Source of the DNA: Rhodosorus marinus CCMP1338
Taxonomy: Eukaryota; Plantae; Rhodophyta
Reading direction: 5' to 3'
Assembly (NCBI GenBank): GCA_029953675.1
Contig: JAMWBK010000001.1
Span: 1,260,001-1,508,000, forward strand
Length of the DNA stretch: 248,000 nucleotides
The position numbers and the translations under genes are program-made. Under the pieces are notes generated by a model. It was not told the DNA's origin. It made no database searches and saw only the letters and a list, made by a program, of their open reading frames with translations. Positions 52,373 through 63,652 of the stretch are shown one piece after another. Position 1 is the stretch's first letter; each line of letters begins with the position of its first letter.

Positions 52373-54066
52373 AGGGAACACAGCATGTTTCAGAAGAGCT
52401 CTTGACAAAGAAGGAGGATTTGTCAAAGTGGGTTGCGGATAAGGAGAAGCAACAACCGATTACCGATCGGAAGTCTAACCTGGAGAATGCCCAGAGGAGA
52501 GACGATGAAGCTGAGGCTTTGCTGGAGAAAGCGGAAAAGGCAATTAGCGAGCTGCAGAGTGAACTTGAGCAGGTTTCTGCGGAGAAGAACCTGAAAGTTG
52601 AGATGCAGTTGGAAGAGTCCTTGGGGAGGGAGACAATCCAGGGTAGAGAGATCGCGAGACGCTTCGGGCGGAGCCGGATGAGAGCCCGGGTAGATTCGAT
52701 GATTGAAAAGCTGAAGTCACTACACAACGATCTTAATCCAGCGAATGCAAAGAAAAGGTCTTTAGAAAGTGATCTGAGAATGGCACAGTTTCGATGTGGG
52801 GGGATAGAACGGGAAAAGATCTCGCGTGAACACGAGCTCGAAAGCTCGAGAAAGGAGCTTGAAAGAGAGCTAGCAAGTGTGCGAGAAGCTTTTAACAGAT
52901 CAGAGAAAGAGAGCAAATCTTGTGAAGGGGAGCTTAACAGGAATAGAGCGAACAACAAGATACACGAAGACATGATTACGCAGCTGGGGTTGGCACTTGA
53001 GAACTCGCGACGGGACAGTGCTCGGAGTACTGAAGAACTGAAACGAGTTCTTCATAGCTTGGAACGCGACGAGAAAACGGAGAGACAGCTGAAGTACGAT
53101 CTGTCAGGATTAACGGAAGAGCTGCGAAGCGTCGAGAAAAGAGTCGATGAACCTGCACGTAGTATTGGCGAGCAGCAGAGCACAGCTGACAATCTTTCGC
53201 AGAGGATTTTGGATCTGGAAAACGCATTGCAGACAGGTAATGATGGGCTTACGCAGTTGGAAGCGGAGTACAAAGATTTGAAGCCGAAGCCTGCGGATCG
53301 GAAGCAGCAGATCCGGAACTACAAGCTAGTAAGCAAGTAGGTTCAGAACGAAGTGCAGGAATCGAAAGGAAACATCCGAGTCTCCTGCATAGTGAAGCCA
53401 GGGATGCGTGAATACGAAGGGAGTTCAGGCGTTGACAAAGTATTCAACGACCTGGAGGCTAAGTTCGGAGCTCTTGGTGCAGACCTTGAAAGCGAAAAGG
53501 GAAAGGCACAAGCTCCAGAACACGAGAGAGGCGTCGGGGAGAAATCGCTGAGCACGGAAGCCGCTGACTACAAGAAACATGCGGTTTCTTTGGAGACACA
53601 GATGGTTGATGCCGAGGTCGGTGTCGCGAAGGATTTCCTGGGGGTATTAGTCGAGAGGGACAGAGAAGAGCGTGAGATAAACTTGATCCGGGAGGACTAC
53701 ACTAAGAGGGTCGTATCAAAGTTCGTGATGAAGCGCGGTCGCCCCGTAGCAACACCAATGGCCATCGAAGCAAGTACGAAGGGAGCTTCGAAGGTTATGA
53801 CACCAATACCCTGTCAGGAACTAACCGGATCCCTCCTGTACCTGCACCAGAACCCCGATGTAAGTTTTGCAGTCGTTTTGATAGCACGACAAATGGTAGC
53901 AGACCTACTGACGAAGGCCCTAACGAAGGAAAGGACGAGGGTCCTAAGGACTGACCTGGAGTGGGGTGGTAGACCGACCTTCTACTATGGCATGAGACCG
54001 AGGGGGAGTGTTGGAACGGTCACGCGGTCAGCGGTGACCATACGCTCTCAGCATGTAGAAGGATGA
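52342..54066 (+). pseudogene. Long coiled-coil ORF continuing across one TAG (53338-53340) into the Copia RT/RNaseH remnant
   Basis: E/K/L/R-rich heptads; ORFs 52342..53340 and 53353..54066 are in the same frame, separated by one stop. Confidence 0.65.
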
Positions 54067-54341
54067 TTCGCACATCGTTATGCATACGGTAGGACCGATG
54101 TGAGAACGGTATACGGTAGAAAAACTTTATAGAGGTTCAAACGTTTGAAATAGTTTGAACGGTACAAGGCATGGATTATCACCACAGTATAGTAGGTTAC
54201 TTAAGCGAGATATCGACCCCAAGGGTCAGGGAAACAATGGATGATCCGTTCATTCAGTGGTAGTTGGCCTCTGAATAAACGGATCACCGAAACAACAAAG
54301 AAACCATCGAAGTTTGGCTGACGGGACTTTGGTCTTTGGTC

Positions 54342-54750
54342 GAACGAATGGTTTAATCGGAGGCTGAAAAAAAAAAAACCCGAGGGGAAAAAAAGACTAA
54401 GCGCGGCGAAGTACTCGCGCCTCCAACATCAAAGCGGCATTCATGCGCCACAGCAGGAAACTTAAGCGGGTAAACAACGATTGAAGACGGTCAGGGCGTT
54501 CGCGGAACAACTCCCGAAGCCAGCGAGAACCAACAGAGTCCATGAACCCAAAGCACTCAATGATCAGGGGTACCAAGCGATGTGCTAGTGCCGAAGCACG
54601 AACACCAGGGGAAGACAAAGCCCCCGCGTATTTGATCTCTTTGCGGCGTCTCATGCTGGCGGCGGCAGATCCACGGCGCTCCCCCGCAGCCGGGAGATAA
54701 CGACTAGCTTGAGGGTTAGGAACAGCAAGATCAACGTATGTGGTACGGGC
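54342..54750 (-). mobile_element. Family B 3' fragment nested in the Copia 3' LTR
   Basis: ORF 54397..54780; B 3' UTR; LTR resumes at gaggttgggaatcc. Confidence 0.9.
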
Positions 54751-55573
54751 GAGGTTGGGAATCCTCGAAAATCCTAACAAAATCAGTAAACTTGTTATGT
54801 CTCAAGATAGGGAACAGAATTTCTACCTCTGTTACGCCATGACGGAACAAGTGAGCCGTCAAGAGTGTAGCCCAAAACAAGGCTAATAATAGATAAGTCT
54901 AGATCTAATAATAGTACTCTAGCAAACCCAGGACATGAACCGGAAGCCTATAAATACGGAAGTTACGACCTTCCGTCTTAGGATTAGAGCTAGAGGAGGG
55001 TATCCAAGATAGATAAAAGACGAAAACAAGAAGGGAATTTCAAATTATTTTGGATCACCGACACGCGTTAATGGAGAACGTGTCAACCTCTGTGACGTCC
55101 TGACCTGACATCTGGCTAAACGTATCGGTGAGCTAAAAATAACCAGAATGGGTACAAAAACTGGTAAGGCCAAGATGGCTCGCAGCGGGCAAGATATGGT
55201 ACGGTCTTGGCTAATAATAGTAATCTAGCATACCCAGGTCATGGGTCAGAAGACTATAAATACGAGAGTTACGACCTTCCTTCCTAGAATGAGAGCTAGA
55301 GGGAGCTATCCAAGATAAGAAAAACATAAAAATAGTGGAGGTTTGGGAAAATAACTTGGATCCGGACAGTTGGAAACCTGAATCGTTACATTGGTCTCAT
55401 CGCATGTGTTGCGATTGACGGAACCTGAACCCCGAAACCAGAGGAACTCCTGAAACTTCAGAACCAGAGGAATATCCTATAACACCTTCAAAGACGACGA
55501 CCCAGAAGCAGTTAGCCTATCAACAAACGGCAATTGACCTTTTTAACCAGAGAATCAGAAAACTTGAACGAGA

Positions 55574-56347
55574 ATGGCATCTTTGATAAAGATTCAAGCA
55601 CCGCAGCCTAAGGCATACGATGGCAAGCGGGACGCGCTCGTCATAAGCACCTTCCTGAACAACCTTCGGACTTATTTCAAATTAGCCCGATTGCCCGACA
55701 ACGACGATGACTACAAAATTACTTTGGCGGAGGGTTACCTCACAGGAGACGCCTCCTACTGGTGGTCCCTCATCCCGGACGCGAAAAGACCCCTATACTA
55801 CGCCGGATTTGAGGAAGCGTTAAAATCCCAATTTTACCCGGCTGACGCGAAGATCCGCGCCAAGCAGCAATTGGCACGCGCCGTACAACGCACAACGGTC
55901 GCCGCCTATACAGCGTATTTTAACAAATGCTTGATCCAGGTTGGAGAAATATCAGACTCGGAGAAATTTGATCGCTTCGTGGAAGGGTTGCAACCAGACT
56001 TCAAGAAATATATTTACATTCAAGATATAACCACCTTCGAAGAGGCTCAGGCCCTGGCCCTTAAGATCGAAGGAGCGGACATTGCGAGTTACAGCTCAAA
56101 TTCGCGTAAGGAACAGACGCCCTACGAACAACCAAAACCGGTACCAAGGGCGACTCCTTCTGCGAGCAGACAAACCCGTTCGGGACGTCAATATCCACCA
56201 AGGACGCAAGAGCCCAACCGAAGCAAATATGCGAACATAATCTGTAACTACTGCGGCAAGACGGGCCATACCAAACGCATCTGTTGGGATAATCCTGACC
56301 GAGACATGACGGTCTCGAAATCGGCTCCGCCGCGAAGCAGCAGTTAA
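55574..56347 (+). CDS. Gypsy gag (retrotransposon gag + CCHC knuckle CNYCGKTGHTKRIC)
   Basis: YDGKRD..WW..F..FYP motifs. Confidence 0.85.
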   Translation: MASLIKIQAPQPKAYDGKRDALVISTFLNNLRTYFKLARLPDNDDDYKITLAEGYLTGDASYWWSLIPDAKRPLYYAGFEEALKSQFYPADAKIRAKQQLARAVQRTTVAAYTAYFNKCLIQVGEISDSEKFDRFVEGLQPDFKKYIYIQDITTFEEAQALALKIEGADIASYSSNSRKEQTPYEQPKPVPRATPSASRQTRSGRQYPPRTQEPNRSKYANIICNYCGKTGHTKRICWDNPDRDMTVSKSAPPRSSS

Positions 56348-56714
56348 ACGATACGCAGCAGTAACCGACGCCGCCACTGCTGCAAGAAAAGGCGTCTCGA
56401 TCCAGGGAATAATGATATGACGGTACCTGGCTTGGTGAATGGTAAGGCCGTTACACTGCTCGTCGATACAGGGAGCAGTCATTCCGTCTTGAGAGGGAGA
56501 CCGAACGTCACTCCAACAATTTCGACTCAACACGGGAAATTGGACACAGCCTACCCGGGCGCGTCAATAGAAATATTGGGCAAGGCCAAAAATGACCTTA
56601 CAACTCGGCGGTCATAGCTTCAATTGGCAACCCTATATTGTGAAGGACGCCGCAAGCCCTGGATACCTAGGAAGAGACTTTCTGAAAAGTCTTAACGCAC
56701 AATTGGATCTCCAG

Positions 56715-57271
56715 AACTTACTATCAGGTATCGGCAAAGGTTGTAGCTTTCCTGCTGAGTATCGCAGTGGCTTCTGTTTCTGGCAGACTTCGCAGGTTCG
56801 TAGGACGTCTTCAATATCCCGCTTTAACGTCGGCCAGTAGTATTTCCGCTTTAGTAGACTGATGGTCTTCGTGATTCCGAAATGACCACCCGTAGGTTCC
56901 GTGTGGTAGCTTTCCAAAAGTTCGGGTACCATGGAGTCTGGTATACAGATTCGGTGATGCCGGTACAGGACGTCGCCCCTTCTGATAAAACCTTGCTCCC
57001 GATACTTCGGAGGACTTTGATAGATCTCCGCAAACTCAGGGTCTTCGAGGTACGCCTGCGACCAGTCCACATCGGTCGTGATAGTGGACTCAACCATCTG
57101 TTGCACGGCATGACGACTTAACGCATCCGCAATATTCTCCTTGCCTTTTTTATACTCTATCGTAAAGGAGAAGGGCAACAGCCGGTTGACGTAACGTGCT
57201 TGCCGTTTGGTGAGTTCCTTCTGAGACCGAAGGAACCTCAGCGGGTGGTGGTCCGTCCGAACAGAAGCCAC
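56715..57271 (-). pseudogene. Inverted RNaseH C-terminus/integrase zinc-binding segment of the Gypsy element
   Basis: TDHHPL..RQARY..EYKKGKENIADALSR, H..GGHFG..C..CQ on the strand opposite to the rest of pol. Confidence 0.85.
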
Positions 57272-57300
57272 TGCGATACTCAGCAGGAAAGCTACAACCT

Positions 57301-58407
57301 TTGCCGATACCTGATAGTAAGTTCCAATCCATTTCTATGGATTTCATTACGGCCTTACCGACGACCACCGAAGGCTTTGACGCGATCCTTGTCATTGTCG
57401 ATCGGTTCTCCAAATACGCCCGTTTCCTTCCAACAACGACAACGGCGACTGCACAGACAACCGCGAAGTTATTCATGCGTCATTGGATTAGGTTCGCGGG
57501 GGTACCCGAAAATATTGTTTCGGATCGAGATTCAAAATTCACGGGGCATTTTTGGAAGGAATTAATGAGGCTGATGAAGATCCAGCAGAAACTAAGCACG
57601 GCGTATCATCCGCAAACAGACGGACAAACCGAGCGAACGAACCAGACGTTAGAGACATACCTGAGATGTAATTCAACAACCTCGACCTGGGCGACCGACC
57701 TTCCAATTGCAGAGCTAGCTTACAACTGCCAGGCTTCAGACTCAACGCAATTCTCGCCTTTCGAGTTGCTTTATGGCGCGAATCCGAGATTACCTTTTGA
57801 CATCACAGTTCCCGCCAGCGAAAATCCCTCCCGACCACTACCTGAGGCCGCCACAGTTATGATGCAACAACAACAGGACCAACGGTTGCTCGCAAAAGCT
57901 AACCTACGTTACGCCCAAGAATGTCAACGTCATTACTATGATCGAGGAAAGAAGGAGATCAGCTACGAAGTAGGAAATTATGTCCTTTTATCTACACAGA
58001 ATCTCCAACTTCCAGGTTCAAACGTTTTTCGACCCCGATATATTGGACCTTTTAAGATTCTACGAAAAATCGGAGAAGTCGCTTACAAGTTGGATCTGGG
58101 AGGAAAGCAGGACATTCACGACGTTTTCCACGTATCTCTCTCGCGGAAATTTAATGGACCTGAACCAGGAAGTACTCCTAAGACGACAGCGTTTCTACCC
58201 ACCTATTCACAAAGAGAGATTAAGTCAGTACTTGGGCATCGACTGAATGCTGCGCAGCTGGACGAATATTTCGTTTACTTCCAAGGTGAGACCACCGATG
58301 ACTTGAGATGGTTACCTTACCATCAACTACCTCAGAATCAGAATACTCGGAAGCAAATTAGATACTATGTTAACCTTCATAGAGCAGCCTCTTCAGCAAC
58401 CGGGTAG
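57301..58407 (+). CDS. Gypsy integrase core + GPY/F + chromodomain-like C-terminus
   Basis: DDE core; RPRYIGPFKI; IKSVLGHR..EYFVYFQG..RWLPYHQL. Confidence 0.88.
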   Translation: MPIPDSKFQSISMDFITALPTTTEGFDAILVIVDRFSKYARFLPTTTTATAQTTAKLFMRHWIRFAGVPENIVSDRDSKFTGHFWKELMRLMKIQQKLSTAYHPQTDGQTERTNQTLETYLRCNSTTSTWATDLPIAELAYNCQASDSTQFSPFELLYGANPRLPFDITVPASENPSRPLPEAATVMMQQQQDQRLLAKANLRYAQECQRHYYDRGKKEISYEVGNYVLLSTQNLQLPGSNVFRPRYIGPFKILRKIGEVAYKLDLGGKQDIHDVFHVSLSRKFNGPEPGSTPKTTAFLPTYSQREIKSVLGHRLNAAQLDEYFVYFQGETTDDLRWLPYHQLPQNQNTRKQIRYYVNLHRAASSATG

Positions 58408-58899
58408 CTCTCTCTTTCAGTGGGGAGGAGTGTGACGTCCTGACCTGACATCTGGCTAAACGTGTCGGTGAGCTAAAAATAACCAGAATGGGTACAAAAA
58501 CTGGTAAGGCCAAGATGGCTCGCAGCGGGCAAGATATGGTACGGTCTTGGCTAATAATAGTAATCTAGCATACCCAGGTCATGGGTCAGAAGACTATAAA
58601 TACGAGAGATACGACCTTAATTCCTAGGATGAGAGCTAGAGGGAGGTATCCAAGATAAGAAAAACATAAAAATAGTGGAGGTTTGGGAAAATAACTTGGA
58701 TCCGGACAGTTGGAAACCTGAATCGTTACAACCTCTACCCACGCTATGACAGCCTGTCTAGTTCTGTAGAAGTAATCATGATTCATTTTTATACATCGTA
58801 AATGGCAGCTTTTTCACGCCGAGTTCTCACGCCGAGTTCTCACGCCGAATCCTTTGGGAGCCATCCCGCAAGCCTCGTGGAGTGGCCGGTTGACCAGTT

Positions 58900-60170
58900 T
58901 GGTGAGGTTAGGAGGCAAGCGCGCGAGGACCGACTCCCCCGGGTCTAAGGGGGAGAAGCACGATTAGCTCCCCGGGCACAGTTGCGAGGTCGCAGCCAAT
59001 GGACCTGCAGTCTTATGTCCTCAAGGAGGGCGGAGACTGGGGCATCTGGCGCACGCACCTGCGGAGTTGGCTCCGCCGATGGATTTCTTTGGAAGGAGGC
59101 TCCCTATCCCTCCGGAGAAGGATTCCGCCTCTTGTTCTCCCTCGAGGAGAGCTCTCCATGGCTGGGAAAATCCTGGATTTTATTTTCCAGAGTCTGGCGC
59201 GTAATCAACGGGACGTCGCTATGTGGGAATTTTGGGGGGTCTTGCCGCGCCTGATTCTGGCACCCACTCACACATCGGAGCGCAGGTGGCGCGTCCGAGA
59301 ATGACTGGCCATGTTCCTGAAGGGGGAATTTGAGTTGTTGCAGCAGAGCTACTTGGCGTCATCCGAGGCATCCGGCCGGAGGACTCGTGCTGGGCCAGCC
59401 TCGCCTAGGACGACTCAAGTGCAGAAATTGGTGGCGGTTGGCGACCTGAGCCGAGCGGCACGGGTCTTTGAGGGTCAGGTGCCTGAGTCCCCTACCACGA
59501 GAGCCTCCACCAGACCGTGTCGGCGTTCTTCCCCTCGTCCGATGTGGACTTGCTCCCCGAATTCGAGGCATTTTTAATAGGGGTAGGCCAGTCGGAATCA
59601 GGAATGACCGGAGCGGAGCGCTCGGGTCGGTTGGAGGCAGGCCCCGCGGTACTGTGCGGATCCGCGGGGACGGGCACCGGGGGGTATGGGGCAGGCGCGG
59701 AGGCGGAGAAGCGCTCCAAATAGGCGATCAGCAGGGGCAGGCGGTGTTCCTGGGAAGCAGTCACAAGAAGACTCGTCAGTTTCGAGCAGATCCCATGGGC
59801 CAACTCGTCAGCGCAGTCCGTGAGGGTGGCCGCGGTACTAAACCCGCCCACGCTGAGCTCCACGCGCGCTGAGAGAACGGCTCCGTCCGCCGGAATGGGT
59901 GGGAAAACCCCAACCATAACGATTGGAAGGTGTGAAAAACCGATTCCCCCACGAAACCCTCAAAAAGAGAACTTGTTCCCAACGTTTGTAACCAAAGAAA
60001 AACCACCACGACCTCCAAGGGGCGCTAGCAACCCCCAGCACGCACCACACCACTTGAAAATGCGGGGGAAAGGCTGCAGAAAGAAGCGCCTCCCACCGAA
60101 GAACACAATTGCGACGCAAAACCACCAAAAGCCAGCGCACCATACACCCTCACGAAACCAAAAACCGATC
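58900..60170. mobile_element. Diverged family A ORF1/ORF2 junction (plus) fused to inverted family B 5' region (minus)
   Basis: MDLQSYVLKEGGDWGIW.. variant; minus strand MVGVFPPIPADGAVLSARVEL matches B ORF1. Confidence 0.8.
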
Positions 60171-63100
60171 CAACAGGCTAAATAAGGGCTTCCGGATTGG
60201 TTGCCAGTCTCTTTGTCGACCTTTGGGAGTCCCAGAGCCGAACCTGTACGGATCCCTTCGGCAAACAGTAGGTGTTTACGTAGAGCTTCAGGGGAGCATT
60301 CCATATGTGCAGATCAGTCATAATCTTCTAACCTTTACAGCACATCTGCTAACACGCCCCTCGAATGATCACCTTGATGTCCAGGCATTTATCACAAATT
60401 GAACGAAACAGTTGGATATTTTATCGCAAATACGAACACGAGTTGAGTTTACTGGCACGTGTGAGATACTTTTCTATTTAGAAAGATATTTGACTGGAAC
60501 AAATCTCAGGAAGGGGGGGGATGAGGGTCATGTGTTTGAAGATGCTTCGTAAGTTTTTGACTTCGTCTAGCGTACTCCGCCGAGCACACTCGTCGCTGCC
60601 TTACTTCGGTAACCCTGAGGCGAAAAAAAAGACTAAGCGCGGCGAAGATCGCGCGCCTCCAACATCAAAGCAGCATTCATACGCCACAGCAAGAAACTTA
60701 AACGAGTAGACAACGGGTACAGACGGTCAGGGCGTTCGGGGAACAATTCCCGAAGCCAACGAGAACCAACGGAATCCAGTAAACCCCAAGGACTCAATGA
60801 CCAGAGGTACCCGGCAGAAGCACGAATGCCTGGGGAAGCAAGACCCCCGGCATATTTCAACTCTGTGAGACGTCTCATATTGTAGCGTGGCAGCATACAA
60901 TGGTGCCTCATTTTCTACATGAAGTTCTCCTCCTCGGAGATAAAGATCCGGCTCTAAGTACTGGTTGTCAAAAATGCTCCGCGCTCTCCCGGACTATACC
61001 GCACATCCATCCTCGGAGTGTCTCCGCGCACTTCAAAACGGTGAACTAGGAAGATGAGGAATGTGAACTGGATTGGGAAGAAGGTTAAATGGTTTAGGAG
61101 ACCTTGACCAAGCAAGACACAGGGGGGAATTTCACTCCCGGATTCCGGAAAAAGTTAACCAGTACGAAAATACTACCTTTACTTTTTATACGTTTTTTAA
61201 TTCATATACACCAATAATAACGACCTTACATTCATGGGGGAATATGAATGGTGAATCTGCGTAATAAATCTCTTTTATTGGTCATAACTGTTTCATATAA
61301 TTTTATATTTTTGTAGGTCCCAGCAGCTCAAGGGAACCGCTGGCTCTCTCCATTCCTCCAAACTTTCCCGCTTGAATGAATATGTTTAATCGGGTGACTG
61401 AAAGAAAAGCTCTTGAGGGGAAACGCGTTGGAGTACGCGCGGCCGAAGACCGCGCGCCTCCAACTTCAAAGTAGCGTTCAAACGCCACACACAGCAAGAA
61501 ACTTAGACTGGTAAGTAACCGAGGAGAGGCGGTCAGGGCGTTCGCGGAACAGCTCCCGAAGCCAACGAGAAACAACGGAATCCATAAACCCAAAACACTC
61601 AACTCGATCCAGAGGTGCCAGGTGATCAGCGAGAGGCGAAACACGGATGCCAGGGGAAGACAAAGCCCCTGCTAATGCGTGCTTCCGACTCAAGAACCCA
61701 AGACTAAGGTGGTTAAAAAGCGTTGCAAGCCGGCGGAAGTCAAGCCTCGGTTGGCATGCCGTGACTATACAGTCTGGGCTCAGGTCACTACTAATCAGTA
61801 TTGGGTGTATTTTTGACCAGAGAACGAGGTTTTGGGGGTAAGACTGATTGAAACGGTCTTAATTCATTCGCGTGATCGAGATATTTGAGTGCTTACACGA
61901 GCGCACATTGTGTGCCTGTAGGAGTGCGGAAGGAAAGCAATACCCGGGAGGAGGCTTGTATCCTGTTAAGGTGTTTGGGATCGTGGAGTACAAAACGATA
62001 GCAAGAAGGCCTGGCTGTTCCCTCTCAGATTTGGTTTTTCAAGTTCTGACCTTGGCATGGTCGGTGCCCCTGAGCGCCTTGATAGGCACAGGGGAGAACC
62101 AAATCTCTAAGGACAGCAGTTGAACGTTTTCCGTTCCAAAGGTGTCCCTGGAACCCGGTTGATGGGAAAGTCGAACCAAAGCTATTCACTCTCGCCCCTG
62201 TCTCTGGTGCTCATCGGGGAACTGGAAATCCAGTGCTCCCTTCTCATTTGAAGATTACCTTGTACAGCTTTCTTAAGAGTCTAGTCCATCAGATCAATAT
62301 TCTGACAGGGGATGTAACCTTTCGGGGTACAGTATGGCTAGAGAACAGCCATCTTACCCCTCTGAAGAATTCCCATTAGCATCCTGTCTTCATTGTACTA
62401 AAGAGGATCGATTCTAGTCAAATGGGAGCATATTTATACTCCGGTGCTAGATCATGTTCAACCCTTATCTAGATTAAAATCGTTGAGATTTTAGCCCTCC
62501 TCGAACTAAAAATGTGAAAGAATACGACTTATCTGCCCTAGATCAACCCCAGAGTTGTCATGCCTTTGGTAGTACATTCGATGTAACAGTTCACCTTGTC
62601 GATGGTGCTCCTCCGGTGACCAACGGTCACACTTCTGGCCGTTTTAACAATTGTGCTACAATTAACGTGCTCCCACGGACGGCGTCTCACGGACACTCCC
62701 GGGTCTGAGTTAAAACAACTCAACTCACAGTCCTTTGTCAGCCCCCGCTGACATTCTCGCTTGACGACTCGGCCGTTATCGGTCTCTATCATCGACACCG
62801 CCGCTGCCATCAAAACTGGTGACTGCGTTCGTTTTGTGGAACACCCTGCTGACCGTACCACGCGCAGTTGTTGCTGTTGCCAGCCGTTCAGTCTTCTCCT
62901 CTCTTGATTTAACAGGTATGCAAACGCCAGTGGCCACCAACCTAGGGCTTCCTTCCTTAGGTAGGTCATCAGTACGAGGATTCATCAATATTTAGCTGAA
63001 CCCTCCACTTTGGCTTGCACGCTTTTGTTCCTCGCCCCCAGTGAACTGTCCCTAACTTGAATTTTGCGGACCTGCCTCGTATTGCTACTGGTTAAGTTAG

Positions 63101-63652
63101 TAAAACGAGAAAAAAAAAGTGCACTAACAAGATCGGCTCTACCACCAAGGCAGTCTATTTATACGCGAAGGTTAGGTATCGTTCAACCCACACCTAGACT
63201 AAACCTTCGCGCTTCTAGCCCCTGGAGAACTATAAATGCCAATAATACGAATCTTTTGTCCTAAACTGAAAACCGAAATTGACATTGTTTTAGCGCCTGC
63301 TGCCTTGCTTAGTACATTCTACATTTTACTTCCCAGTGCTGCATTGGGATAAACTCTTTCATTAACCATAATACGAATCCGTCCGGGGACTAACAAAATG
63401 AATGAATTGGTTTAATCGGAGGCTGAAAAAAAACGCCGAGCGGAAAAAAGAGACTAGGCGCGGCGGAGATCGCGCGCCTGCAAGCATCAAAGCAACATTG
63501 TGAGTTGCAACATTTCCGAGGCAATTCCGATATGGACTGTCTATATAAGCTTGTCCGGAGGCAACGGTTCCGCTTTCGGCATGACTTTCGCTGTGGATGA
63601 ACGTATCTAGGTCTAGGCCAAAAGGCACTTGAAGCATTGAGGAAAGGACGGG

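Larger units (their letters stand above)
51141..54779 (+). mobile_element. Non-autonomous Copia-like LTR retrotransposon carrying a coiled-coil ORF
   Basis: LTRs 51141-51439 and 54009-54779 (3' LTR interrupted), TG..CA ends, TSD AAATC, PBS TGGTCTCATCGC, PPT agggggag, RT/RNaseH remnants ELTGSLLYL..PDVSFAV and MVADLLTKAL. Confidence 0.9.
55091..58730 (+). mobile_element. Gypsy/chromovirus LTR retrotransposon, RT deleted, internal inversion
   Basis: 300-bp LTRs 55091-55390 and 58431-58730, TSD ACCTC, PBS TGGTCTCATCGC, PPT gtggggaggag; gag, protease LVDTGS, integrase SMDFI..VDRFSK..SDRD..YHPQTDGQTER, chromodomain-like end. Confidence 0.93.

Noticed and set aside
60180-60400. Three-copy unknown coding fragment (also ~66680-66880 and ~79690-79950)
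   Set aside because: At 66.6-66.9 kb it runs directly into family C ORF2 sequence, so it is most simply a retroelement remnant
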